DNA of 64,000 nucleotides from Candidatus Eiseniibacteriota bacterium (lineage in GTDB: Bacteria > Arandabacterota > Arandabacteria > Arandabacterales > Arandabacteraceae): contig JAZDEY010000035.1 in NCBI GenBank assembly GCA_043808325.1, positions 2,853 through 66,852 of the forward strand, read 5' to 3'. Both the position numbers and the translations under genes were made by a program. Under the pieces are notes generated by a model. It ran no database searches. It saw only the letters and a list, made by a program, of their open reading frames with translations, and had not been told where the DNA came from. This document shows, one piece after another, positions 50,600-61,998 of the stretch (the stretch's first letter is position 1; each line of letters opens with the position of its first letter).

Positions 50600-50885
50600 T
50601 ATTGATCCTAAAGCTGTTGCGCGTTGTTGCCAACCCGTGGAGAACCATGTGGAGAGCTGGTGGGAGGGATGTGGACTAATGAGTGGCGGAGGGGGCCCTG
50701 TGGAGAAGTGCCGCTTTGTCCACAGGTAGCCTACCAGCTGCCCACAGGCGATCCCTCTCGGCTCGCCGCCCGCCGGTGGAGTCACCATCTGCAAATCCTC
50801 AACACCGAGCGCAAGAGTTTCCCCAAATCCACACGACCTGCTAGTTCTTCTAGATTTCTTATATAAGATTCTAGATAGAAGAGTC
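50600..50885. other. oriC part 2: dnaA-dnaN intergenic DnaA-box cluster plus AT-rich DNA unwinding element
   Basis: TGTGGA-type boxes at 50648..50656, 50670..50678, 50699..50707, 50716..50724 (reverse) and 50825..50833. AT-rich ttcttctagatttcttatataagattctagatagaag at ~50845..50882 with two TTCTAGAT copies. Confidence 0.7.
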
Positions 50886-51029
50886 CCACCGGATCGCTTC
50901 CCCAAATCACCTCCCGACGTCCGGGAAGCCCCCAGCAAAACCGATCGAGATTGCTTACCCAAAAACGTTTTGACACGCACCGGTTGTTAACCTACAATAA
51001 GAGGCCGTGAGAGAAGAGGAGGCGGGAAG

Positions 51030-52145
51030 ATGAAAGTCAGGCTCAATCAGGAACAGTTCTCGCGAGTGCTAGGTCTAGTGACGGGTGTGGTTCCCCCGAC
51101 ATCCGCGATTCCGGTTCTTTCTAATTTGCTCTTCGAAGCCGAGGCCAACAAGGTGAAGTTGTCGGCAACAGATCTTGATATCTCCGTGATCAGCACTCTC
51201 GAGGGCGAAGTAAAAGGTTCAGGCTCCGTAACCATCGCTGCCAAACGTTTTCAGGAAATCGTGCGCGAGCTCGCCGGCGAAGAAGTTGTGATTGAAGTAG
51301 ACGGCAACAAGATAAGCGTGACGTCCGCGCGATCCAGTTTTCGAATGATGGGGATGGAGAAGGAACAGTTCCCGAAGATCGCTGACCTGGAGAAGAAAGA
51401 TCGGCTCAACATAAGCTCCGGGGCACTTGAGAAGATGATCCGTCGGAGCATCTTCTCCGTCGCCAGGGACGATACACGGCCGGTCCTGAGCGGCGTACTC
51501 TGGGAGATGTCTCCCGAGGAGCTTGCAATGGTGGGCACCGACGGGCACAGGCTTGCACGGATGGCAATCAAAGGCGACTTCGGAATCAAGCAGGAGATGG
51601 GAGTGATCATACCGCCCAAGGCCCTCAATCAGATATTGCGGCTCCTGCCGGGTGATGGCCAGGTCGGCGTTGTAATCGATAATGCCTTCGTCGGTTTCTT
51701 CGTGGGCGACACGGTGGTCTATACCCGACGAATTGAAGGAACCTTCCCGAACTACAAGCAGGTGATACCTAAGGGCAATGCAAATCTGCTGGTGGTGAAG
51801 CGTGACGATTTGATGAGTGCCACGCGACGAGTCTCGCTACTTGCGGACTCGAAGACCCACAAGGTCAAGATGCTGCTTGCCAAGGACTCGGTGAAGCTTA
51901 CTGCCAGCACGCCGGACCTCGGCGAGGCGGAGGAAGAGGTTCCGGCCACGTACACCGGCGATGAAATGACGATAGGCTACAATGCTGCCTACATAATCGA
52001 CGCCGTCAGGAACACCGACAGCGACGAGATCAAATTCGAACTTGGCTCACCCGTGGGTGCCTCCATCTTGAAACCGGCCTGCGAACCGGAGGGCGAATCC
52101 TATCTCTGCCTGGTGATGCCGCTGAGGCTCGCGGAGCAGGAGTAG
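51030..52145 (+). CDS. dnaN: DNA polymerase III beta sliding clamp
   Basis: Three-domain clamp. RBS gaggagg. Confidence 0.95.
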   Translation: MKVRLNQEQFSRVLGLVTGVVPPTSAIPVLSNLLFEAEANKVKLSATDLDISVISTLEGEVKGSGSVTIAAKRFQEIVRELAGEEVVIEVDGNKISVTSARSSFRMMGMEKEQFPKIADLEKKDRLNISSGALEKMIRRSIFSVARDDTRPVLSGVLWEMSPEELAMVGTDGHRLARMAIKGDFGIKQEMGVIIPPKALNQILRLLPGDGQVGVVIDNAFVGFFVGDTVVYTRRIEGTFPNYKQVIPKGNANLLVVKRDDLMSATRRVSLLADSKTHKVKMLLAKDSVKLTASTPDLGEAEEEVPATYTGDEMTIGYNAAYIIDAVRNTDSDEIKFELGSPVGASILKPACEPEGESYLCLVMPLRLAEQE

Positions 52146-52175
52146 GCTCAGGCACAAGGCCCGGGGTGCGACCGT

Positions 52176-53283
52176 TTGCACATCCAAAGGATCCGTCTCA
52201 CAAGTTTCCGAAACTTCGCAGACGCGGACGTAGAATTTGCAGAGCACCGCAATCTCATTGTCGGTGCCAATGCCCAGGGCAAGACCAATCTGCTTGAAGC
52301 GATCCACATCCTTGGAGTAGGGCGCTCTCACCGCGATCGCAAAGACCAGAACCTTGTGACGTTCGGCGAGATCTTCTACCGGATCGAGGGAACCTTCCAG
52401 CATATCGGCGTGAAGACCGTGATTGAGGTCGCCTACAGTGAGGACCGCAAGCGCATCAAGATAAACGGGAAGGACTCCCGGCCGGCAAGTCTGATCGGAC
52501 TCTCACCCGTAGTGATCTCCTCACCGGATGACATCGACCTGGTCAAGCGCTCTCCCGGGTATCGCCGGGCATTTCTGGATATGGCGATATCGCAGGTGAG
52601 CCGGGAATACCTTGGGACGCTTCAGAGCTACGCGCGTGCGCTGGCGCAGCGTAACGTGCTCCTCAAGCGCGCGCAGGAACGCACGATTGGCAGGGGCGAG
52701 ACCGATGTCTGGGATGACGCGCTCGTTGACCTGGGCGCGAAGATCGTGGCGATGCGGCTGGCATTCCTCGCCGAGATAGAACCCGGTGTGGAGCAGAACT
52801 TCAGTGTGATGAGCGGAGTCGCGACCAAGATCGATCTAGTCTACGAACCTAGGGGTTTCACGGTGGGCAATTCCATGGGCAATTCCACGGTGACCGAGGT
52901 GCGGGCCGGCTTGGCGGAGGCCCTGCGCGCCAACCGGGCGCTTGAGCTCGCCCGTGGCTTCACTCTCTTCGGTCCACACGTGGATGATTTCAAGTTCATG
53001 TGCGATGGACGGGACACCAGGCTCTTCGGGTCCGAGGGAGAACAACGGACGGCGGTCCTGGCCCTGAGGTGCGCCGAGGTCAATATTACCCGGGCCAAGA
53101 TCGGTCACTATCCGATCGTGCTCCTGGACGATGTCTTCGCGGAGCTGGATGAGGGACGCAGCAAGGCACTTACATCTTTAATTTCGGGCTTCGATCAGAT
53201 AGTATTGACGTCGTCGAGACCGGGTCCCCTGGGGGACGGCGAGATGCGAAAAATCGTGGTGACTCGGGGGAGGATATCCTACG

Positions 53284-53291
<8 letters not shown>
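52176..53291 (+). CDS. recF: DNA replication and repair protein RecF
   Basis: Walker A GANAQGKTN and SMC-like signature. Confidence 0.9.
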
Positions 53292-55663
<2,372 letters not shown>

Positions 55664-55672
55664 GAGGGAGCG

Positions 55673-56623
55673 ATGAAGGGAACGATGAAGACCGGTACGA
55701 CGATCAGATTGTTTGCCGGCCTGGTGCTTTTCGGCGTGCTTGCTCTGCCCCTGGCGGCCCAGGCCGATCTCACGGTCAAGGAGCAGGTCGGGATGAGTGG
55801 GATGATGGGCATGATGTCATCCAAGGGTTCCGAGACCACCTACATCAAGGGTGATAAGATGCGGTCCGAGAGCAATATGGAAATGGGTGGCATGATGGGC
55901 GCGATGGGCGGCCAGGGGGCCAAGGAACAGGTGACCATAACCCGGCTGGACAAGGGCGTGATGTGGTTTTTCAACACCGGCGACAGCACCTATACCGAGA
56001 TCTCCCTGAAGGGCGAGAAGGCCGATGAGGTGGCGGCCCAGATCAAGGTCAAGGCCGTGACCGTGAAGAAGACCGGCCAAACCAAGCAGATTACCGGCTT
56101 CAAGTGTGATGGCGTTTTGATTGAGACAACCGTGGAGGTCGCTGCGGGGAAGGATGAGCCGCCGATTACGCAAAGCGTGCAGGTGCTCTTCTGGATGAGG
56201 CCTGAAGTCAAGGATCTCCAGGAACTGCGCAGTTTCTGGGAGCAAACCGCCGAGATGTGGCAATCCTCGCAGGGCGCGGAAGGCATGGGCGACCAGATGA
56301 AGCTCATATGGGACAAGATGAAAGAAATCCAGGGCGTACCGCTCGGTATGGAGATGACCATGGAAAATCCCATGGGTAAGACGGGCGCGGGCGACCAGGA
56401 TGAGATGAAAGAAGCCATGAAGGCAATGCAGCAATACATGAAGAGCCAGGGGAAGGCTCCCGCAGAGGAGCCCAAGGGAACCGAGAGCGATAACCTCAAG
56501 ATTACCCGCGAGGTGGTCTCGATCTCCAAGGGCGCCCTGAGCGATGTTTTGTTTGAGGTGCCCAAGGGTTACAAGAAAGTCGCCCAGAGCATGCCGGAGA
56601 CGATGAAGGGCATTGGGAAGTGA
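55673..56623 (+). CDS. Secreted methionine-rich protein
   Basis: Signal peptide. Met clusters MSGMMGMMSS, MEMGGMMGAMGG, MEMTMENPMG, MKEAMKAMQQYMK. Confidence 0.55.
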   Translation: MKGTMKTGTTIRLFAGLVLFGVLALPLAAQADLTVKEQVGMSGMMGMMSSKGSETTYIKGDKMRSESNMEMGGMMGAMGGQGAKEQVTITRLDKGVMWFFNTGDSTYTEISLKGEKADEVAAQIKVKAVTVKKTGQTKQITGFKCDGVLIETTVEVAAGKDEPPITQSVQVLFWMRPEVKDLQELRSFWEQTAEMWQSSQGAEGMGDQMKLIWDKMKEIQGVPLGMEMTMENPMGKTGAGDQDEMKEAMKAMQQYMKSQGKAPAEEPKGTESDNLKITREVVSISKGALSDVLFEVPKGYKKVAQSMPETMKGIGK

Positions 56624-56659
56624 GGGAGGGGTGAGTCCATCTTCTCGCCCTGCTGCGCC

Positions 56660-58417
56660 TTAGTATTCTACGATCTCCGGCTTGATCGCCAGGAACTCGA
56701 TCGACCGGAACCGTTCCTCTGAGAACGTGGTGAAGGAATAGGCGGCGTGATCGATCGGGAGTCTCGGATACCAGGCGAAGCGCAATTGCACCGGCCCGAT
56801 CCCGAAGCCATCCTTGTGCAACCGGACCCCTAACCCAAGGCCCGAGTAGTAAGCTTGCGCGAGGATGTTCCTGCGTCCGGAGCCGATGATATCCAGGTCC
56901 GCAAAGGTGAAGACCGCGAAGGTAACTCCTCTCGCCCTCCAAGGGGTGAATGCGACGGATTCAAGGTTGAGCTGCAGGTGCTTGCTTCCGGTCATACTGC
57001 TGTTGTAGGCCGCGCCCCGGATGCTCTCGTCGCCATTGAAGTCGATGCTGTCGTCCGCGAAGCGGTGGATCCCGGTGGTGTATTCCGCTTTGACGAATTG
57101 GCGGAAGCGGAACCCTCCGACCTGCAGAAGATTGCTAAAGTAAAGGGTCCGCAGTCGGATTACTCCCTGTTCGATCGTTCCGCCTTTGGGATACCCGCCG
57201 ATCCGCAGCTCACCGACTCCGTAGCCCAGAATGCCGATCTTCTCTCCCGCCGCCAGTATAGCGGCGGCATAGTTACTCCGGGTGAACTCCTCATCTGCCA
57301 ATCCGTAGGTGACGCGGGCCAGGAAACCGTAGGGAATATCCTCCGTCCGGCCGAAGTTGTACAGGAGATTCGTGCGGTAATACCAGCTCTGGATGTAGGT
57401 GAGGCTTCCCAGAACGTGGTCCATGTTGCGATACTGATAGAAGGTGGATGGCGTGACCGGCGGGCGCCTGGTGAACTTCAGATGCCGGACCCGGCCTGAG
57501 ACGAACAGGAGGCGGCGTCGCCCGGCCTCTTTCTGACTGCGCCATTGATGAACCGTTCTTCCCGCCCAGAGATCGACCAGATCGGAGCTGTTATCAGCTT
57601 CGGAAGTTAATGAATCCGGTACTGCGATCGAGGTCCGCCTTATGTCCAACCCTCCCGCGTATCTGAGGACGGGAGAGATAAGCTCCCGGGAGAGCGCGAG
57701 ACCCGCCGTTTCATTGCCGGGCATTTTCAAGTACTCCAGCGTTCCAGTGATGAACGAGCCGTGGATGTTGGACACTGAATAGGTCGCGTGGAATCCCAAC
57801 CTGGGGGTGGCGTTGGGAGTCAGCTTGCCCACCACGGAAACCTGGTGCCCCAGCCCCAGTAGGTTCTGCTCGGCCAGGCCGCCTTTCAGGCGGTTTCCGC
57901 CTTTCAGGCTTCCTGAGAGCTTGAGGGTCCATGTCTCCTTCACGATCACCCGCACGTCGACCGAATCGCTGCTTCCGGGAATCCGCACCACGACGATCCG
58001 GGCATCTCCGATGAAGGACAGGTTCCGGAGGAGGCGCTCGCTGTCGGCCAGCCGGAAGGGATCGATGGTGTCCCCCTCCCGGAAGAGGAGGTTTTGGCGA
58101 ATGGTGGTCTCGCGGGTCTCGAAATTCAGGTGGTTGAGGAATCTCGCCAGCCATGATTTCGTCACCCGGGTGGTATCGTTGACCGACGGGCCGAATACAT
58201 CGAGATTACCGACCCGGATCATCCGGACGCGCTTTCCCGCATAAACGAGGAACTTCAGATCGCTCCGCTCCAGGGCAGGTCCCTGCTCGCTCAGCGCGAC
58301 CTCGGCCGAGTCCGGGTTCACGCGCGCTGCGGGCTCGGCTTGCTCCGCGGAAACCCATGCAGGTAAGGCCCCAAAGGCTAGTTGCAGGAGGAGAAGGATT
58401 ATCAGACGTCGGTACAT
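56660..58417 (-). CDS. Omp85/BamA-family outer-membrane protein (POTRA plus surface-antigen beta-barrel)
   Basis: Signal peptide, POTRA-like N-terminal domain, C-terminal beta-barrel ending in an aromatic residue. Confidence 0.6.
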   Translation of the reverse strand: MYRRLIILLLLQLAFGALPAWVSAEQAEPAARVNPDSAEVALSEQGPALERSDLKFLVYAGKRVRMIRVGNLDVFGPSVNDTTRVTKSWLARFLNHLNFETRETTIRQNLLFREGDTIDPFRLADSERLLRNLSFIGDARIVVVRIPGSSDSVDVRVIVKETWTLKLSGSLKGGNRLKGGLAEQNLLGLGHQVSVVGKLTPNATPRLGFHATYSVSNIHGSFITGTLEYLKMPGNETAGLALSRELISPVLRYAGGLDIRRTSIAVPDSLTSEADNSSDLVDLWAGRTVHQWRSQKEAGRRRLLFVSGRVRHLKFTRRPPVTPSTFYQYRNMDHVLGSLTYIQSWYYRTNLLYNFGRTEDIPYGFLARVTYGLADEEFTRSNYAAAILAAGEKIGILGYGVGELRIGGYPKGGTIEQGVIRLRTLYFSNLLQVGGFRFRQFVKAEYTTGIHRFADDSIDFNGDESIRGAAYNSSMTGSKHLQLNLESVAFTPWRARGVTFAVFTFADLDIIGSGRRNILAQAYYSGLGLGVRLHKDGFGIGPVQLRFAWYPRLPIDHAAYSFTTFSEERFRSIEFLAIKPEIVEY

Positions 58418-58704
58418 TGGCGTGGGGCAGGATCCTTCAGGAGGTAGTCCTTCTCGATCTCGCCGAGTGCCCTCACTGGACTGGAAACCGACGATGTCGG
58501 GATCGCCTGCCGGACCTCCTCGGGCAGATCCTCGAGTTCCGTGAGGTTGGCGCGGCCGACCGCGACGGCACGTTCCATGCCGTTCTCCAGTTCACGCACG
58601 TTGCCCGGCCAGTCGTACCGCAAGAGCTGGTCCGCGGCGCGCGCAGTACTGAGGCCGAAGTGGTTGATCAACTCCTTGCGCAGGTTTCCTTTCGCCGTTG
58701 CCAA
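58402..58704 (-). pseudogene. Relic fragment of a sigma-54-dependent transcriptional activator (end of AAA+ domain and linker only)
   Basis: ...LLRYDWPGNVRELEN...LEDLPEEV...EIEKDYLLK. No AAA+ core upstream and no HTH downstream. Overlaps the Omp85 start. Confidence 0.6.
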
Positions 58705-58897
58705 GGTCTTCGACGCGCATGGCCCCCTCCTTCTTTTTGATCGATCATGCGTCGTTTTGATGGAGTTGTCAAGCGCTTGTATCGTTGCGCTCCCAACAAA
58801 TCAAGCACTTACGTGGGGGCACGCAAATTGCTGATGGACCGTATTGGGCCCTATTGGGCCCTGACGGTGGCAATTCATCACGGATCCAGAGGAGAAC

Positions 58898-59191
58898 ATG
58901 ATGGCAGCGGCCGTGGAGAAGATGGACGCACAGCTCAAGCTTTGGAGCTTGCAAATAGACAAGCTCGCATCTAAGATCCAGATGCCCGGCGTCCAGGCTG
59001 GATTCGACGCCCTCATGTACATCGACGAACTGAAGGGCTTGCACGCGATAGCGCGGTCGAAATTTGACGAGTTCAGGGAGTTCAGGGCAGCGGGTGATGC
59101 GGTGCGGGCGCGCCTCAAGGCCGAGATGGAGGGCGCCTGTAACGAACTGGATGCCGCCTTCAAGACCGGAAGCCATCGCCGTAAGCGGTGA
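58898..59191 (+). CDS. Hypothetical 97-aa helical / coiled-coil protein
   Basis: RBS ggagaa then ATGATG. GC-rich third positions. Heptad-like hydrophobic spacing. Confidence 0.45.
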   Translation: MMAAAVEKMDAQLKLWSLQIDKLASKIQMPGVQAGFDALMYIDELKGLHAIARSKFDEFREFRAAGDAVRARLKAEMEGACNELDAAFKTGSHRRKR

Positions 59192-59311
59192 AAATGCTGA
59201 GAGCGAGGCGGATCGCTGATTCCGCCGGAATTAGAGTCGATGAAAGTCAAGAACCTTGACCAAGGGTGACTCCCCTCGGTCGGTTGCAGAAAAGAAAGGA
59301 GGTCACCTTCC

Positions 59312-59974
59312 ATGAAACGGCTTCCAGCCAGCATTGGCATCCTCATCCTGATCGCCGTGGCGATCATGGTGGGCTGCACGAAGGATCAAGAGGGCGTCCG
59401 GAGCGGGACAGCCGCGCGAACCTCGGCGGTAGAGAAGCCGCGCTATGAGACACTCGTCATTCCGGATGGGACCAATGTCGTCGCGTCGCTCGACACGAGG
59501 CTCTCCACGGAAACGGCCCAGACCGGCAATACGTTCGGGGCCACGACAATCGAACCCATCATCGTGGGCGGAAAGACGGTCGTTCCGGCCGGTGCAAAGA
59601 TCCAGGGAGTGCTGCGCGACGTCCAGGCATCCGGCCCGATCAAGGGCCGCGCTCGGATGACGCTCGCGTACGAAGGGATCGTCGACTCGGAGGGCAAGAC
59701 CCACGCGATCTCCACAGTACCGCTCACGCTGCAGGCAGCCTCCAGCACACACGGAGACGTTGAGAAGATCGCGGCAGGGGGCGTCCTCGGCGCGATCATC
59801 GGCGGGATCGCGGGTGGAGGGAAGGGTGCGGCGATCGGAGCAGGCGCCGGAGCGGGCGCCGGGACCATTCTCATGCTCGCGACCAAGGGTGACGAGGTGG
59901 AGCTCGAGGCAGGCCAAAAACTGAACGTCGCGATGACGTCCTCCACGAGCATTCAGGTCCTGGTTCAAAGATGA
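59312..59974 (+). CDS. Lipoprotein with C-terminal glycine-zipper segment
   Basis: RBS aaaggagg. Signal plus Cys (IMVGC). GAIIGGIAGGGKGAAIGAGAGAGAG. Confidence 0.6.
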   Translation: MKRLPASIGILILIAVAIMVGCTKDQEGVRSGTAARTSAVEKPRYETLVIPDGTNVVASLDTRLSTETAQTGNTFGATTIEPIIVGGKTVVPAGAKIQGVLRDVQASGPIKGRARMTLAYEGIVDSEGKTHAISTVPLTLQAASSTHGDVEKIAAGGVLGAIIGGIAGGGKGAAIGAGAGAGAGTILMLATKGDEVELEAGQKLNVAMTSSTSIQVLVQR

Positions 59975-60105
59975 TCCGGAATCCATCGCTGGCCGGCACC
60001 ATCGATCGGACTCCAATCGTAGATCAGGTCCAGCCGCCGAAGGACCGCGCCAATGCGGGCTCCGGCGGTTCAAGCCGCAGGCACAGGTAATGAGAGGAGA
60101 ATAGG

Positions 60106-60612
60106 ATGAAGAACACTCGATTGATTCTGATTGCAGCTGCACTGGCCGTAGCCCTGGGTCCCGCCCTTGCACTGGCAGGTCCTGACACCGACGTCGGCTT
60201 CCGCGGCTGGGGCCCGCGGGTCGGACTGTCGCTCGACCCCGACCAGGTCCACTTCGGGGCTCACCTCGACTTCGGAAACTTCGCGGAGCACGTCCGCTTT
60301 CAACCCAACGTCGAATTGGGCTTCGGGGATGACTGGAAGATTTACACTGTCAACGCTGAGGCGGCGTATCGCTTCCGCTCAAGCTGGGACGTCTGGACTC
60401 CGTACCTCGGCGGCGGTCTTGGCGCGAACATCAAGAGCTTCGACAACGGGGAACACAACAACTCGGAGACCGACCTGGGCGTCAACCTGCTCGGCGGGAT
60501 CGAGAAGGGACTCGCAAACGGTGACCGTTTCTTCATCGAGGCCAAGTTCAGCCTGAACGATAATGATATGCCGAACGCCAAGATCACAATCGGCTGGACG
60601 TTCTATCACTAA
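60106..60612 (+). CDS. Small outer-membrane beta-barrel protein (OmpW/OmpA-TM-like)
   Basis: Signal peptide; amphipathic beta-strands. Confidence 0.55.
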   Translation: MKNTRLILIAAALAVALGPALALAGPDTDVGFRGWGPRVGLSLDPDQVHFGAHLDFGNFAEHVRFQPNVELGFGDDWKIYTVNAEAAYRFRSSWDVWTPYLGGGLGANIKSFDNGEHNNSETDLGVNLLGGIEKGLANGDRFFIEAKFSLNDNDMPNAKITIGWTFYH

Positions 60613-60687
60613 GACGCGGGGCGCAGAGAGGTGCCGTCGGTTGGCGCCACCCCCCTCGTTTCCCGGTAGCACAGAAGGAGGTTGCAC

Positions 60688-60837
60688 GTGTTGTGGACGA
60701 TCGCAGTCGTACTCATCATTCTATGGCTGCTTGGCCTTGTTACGTCCTTCACCATGCACGGCTTCATCCATGTTCTACTCGTCATCGCCGTGATTGCTGT
60801 GCTGGTCCGCATCATTCAGGGGCGAAGGGTGCTGTAG
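60688..60837 (+). CDS. DUF1328 / lmo0937-family small membrane protein (49 aa). Below the ORF-track cutoff.
   Basis: RBS gaaggagg 6 nt upstream of GTG. Hand translation: (M)LWTIAVVLIILWLLGLVTSFTMHGFIHVLLVIAVIAVLVRIIQGRRVL*. Confidence 0.7.
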   Translation: MLWTIAVVLIILWLLGLVTSFTMHGFIHVLLVIAVIAVLVRIIQGRRVL

Positions 60838-60986
60838 ACGGTGCTTCAGCCAGAAGAAGCGTGGGACATAACGCCCATTGGCGTCGCGCTCGTGGTCCTG
60901 GGAATCGTTGTTTTGGTCCGTCGATGAGAGCAGTAGCCGGTTGGACACTTGCGATCTATCGACAACTTTACGGAGGAGGGTTTGAC

Positions 60987-61649
60987 ATGTGGATCACTCG
61001 AGGGGTTCTTGTTGCAGTTCTAAGTCTGTGCTTTGTGCTGCCGGTGGCTGCTCAGTACATCGGCGTCATGCAGTCCGCCGAGACGATGGACAAGGGCACG
61101 TTCAAACTGATGGTTGCCCCGATCTTGGCATTCGGCAAGGACGGAGCAAATACCGCGGCATTCGGCAAGAACGCAGCAGATAACGAGTTTGGGGTCGCGG
61201 TCCGTGGGGGGTACGGATTCGCCGACCGCTTCGACGCCGAAGCCAAGTTAGGCTTTTTCGAGAATGGCACCTTCGTCGGCGCGGATGGCGAGTTGTGGAT
61301 TCTAAAGGGCAAGGAAAAGGATGTCGGCCTGGATTTCTCCTTGACGGGCGGCGTCCACTGGATGTCCGGGAAAAATGGGAATCTCAGCACCATGGGGTTC
61401 GAGATCACGCCGCTGTTGAGCGGGCACGTGAACACGAGCCTGGAGCTATACGGCGCTCTCGATGCCTCGTTCGAGTCGAGAAAGGATGCTCCGCCGGTGG
61501 TCGACGACACGTTCACGAGATTGCACCTGGTGCCCGGATTTGAGTACCGCCTGTCCGACTCAGCCGACCTGGTTGGCGAGATCGGTATCGGGCTTAACGA
61601 TGAATCGTCTAGCTATGTGGGCGTCGGCATCGCTTTCTACCTCCGCTGA
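60987..61649 (+). CDS. Secreted beta-rich putative outer-membrane protein
   Basis: RBS ggaggagg. Signal peptide LVAVLSLCFVLPVAAQ. C-terminal ...GIAFYLR. Confidence 0.5.
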   Translation: MWITRGVLVAVLSLCFVLPVAAQYIGVMQSAETMDKGTFKLMVAPILAFGKDGANTAAFGKNAADNEFGVAVRGGYGFADRFDAEAKLGFFENGTFVGADGELWILKGKEKDVGLDFSLTGGVHWMSGKNGNLSTMGFEITPLLSGHVNTSLELYGALDASFESRKDAPPVVDDTFTRLHLVPGFEYRLSDSADLVGEIGIGLNDESSSYVGVGIAFYLR

Positions 61650-61749
61650 TAAGGAGTGGAGTGGTCATCGCCGTCGCTGTCTCGTGTCTCCAGCTGACTT
61701 GGGCCGGGGGCACGTGCAGGTGCGCATAGATCAGGAAAGGGCAGGGGAA

Positions 61750-61962
61750 ATGAAAATCATTGGAATCGTACTCGTGGTCCTTGGAATCCTCGCGCTGGTT
61801 TACGGCGGAATCAGCTACAACAAGAACCGGACGGTCCTCCAGATGGGTTCGGTGAGCGTTACCGCCACTGAACACAAGAGCATTGCAGTCCCGGCAGTCG
61901 TCGGTGTGGTTGTGCTGGTCGGCGGCGTCGTACTTCTGGTGACCGGCAAGCGCCGTCCCTAG
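61750..61962 (+). CDS. Small two-TM membrane protein (70 aa)
   Basis: Two hydrophobic helices IIGIVLVVLGILALVYGGI and VVGVVVLVGGVVLLVTG. Confidence 0.45.
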   Translation: MKIIGIVLVVLGILALVYGGISYNKNRTVLQMGSVSVTATEHKSIAVPAVVGVVVLVGGVVLLVTGKRRP

Positions 61963-61998
61963 CGCGCATCATTTCATTCAGAAATGGGAGGGCACAGA

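Noticed and set aside
50836-50885. DnaA-trio (3'-GAT-5' repeats) next to the DUE
   Set aside because: tag/ttc triplets are present but not in a clean, phased trio array, so this is not called.
50267-50980. 237-aa minus-strand ORF spanning the dnaA-dnaN intergenic region
   Set aside because: It covers the DnaA-box cluster and the AT-rich DUE. It has no RBS and an implausible composition. The region is better explained as oriC.
60842-60928. 30-aa GTG-initiated hydrophobic peptide after the DUF1328 gene
   Set aside because: It is too short and there is no clear RBS. It is mentioned only as a weak possibility inside the envelope-cluster finding.
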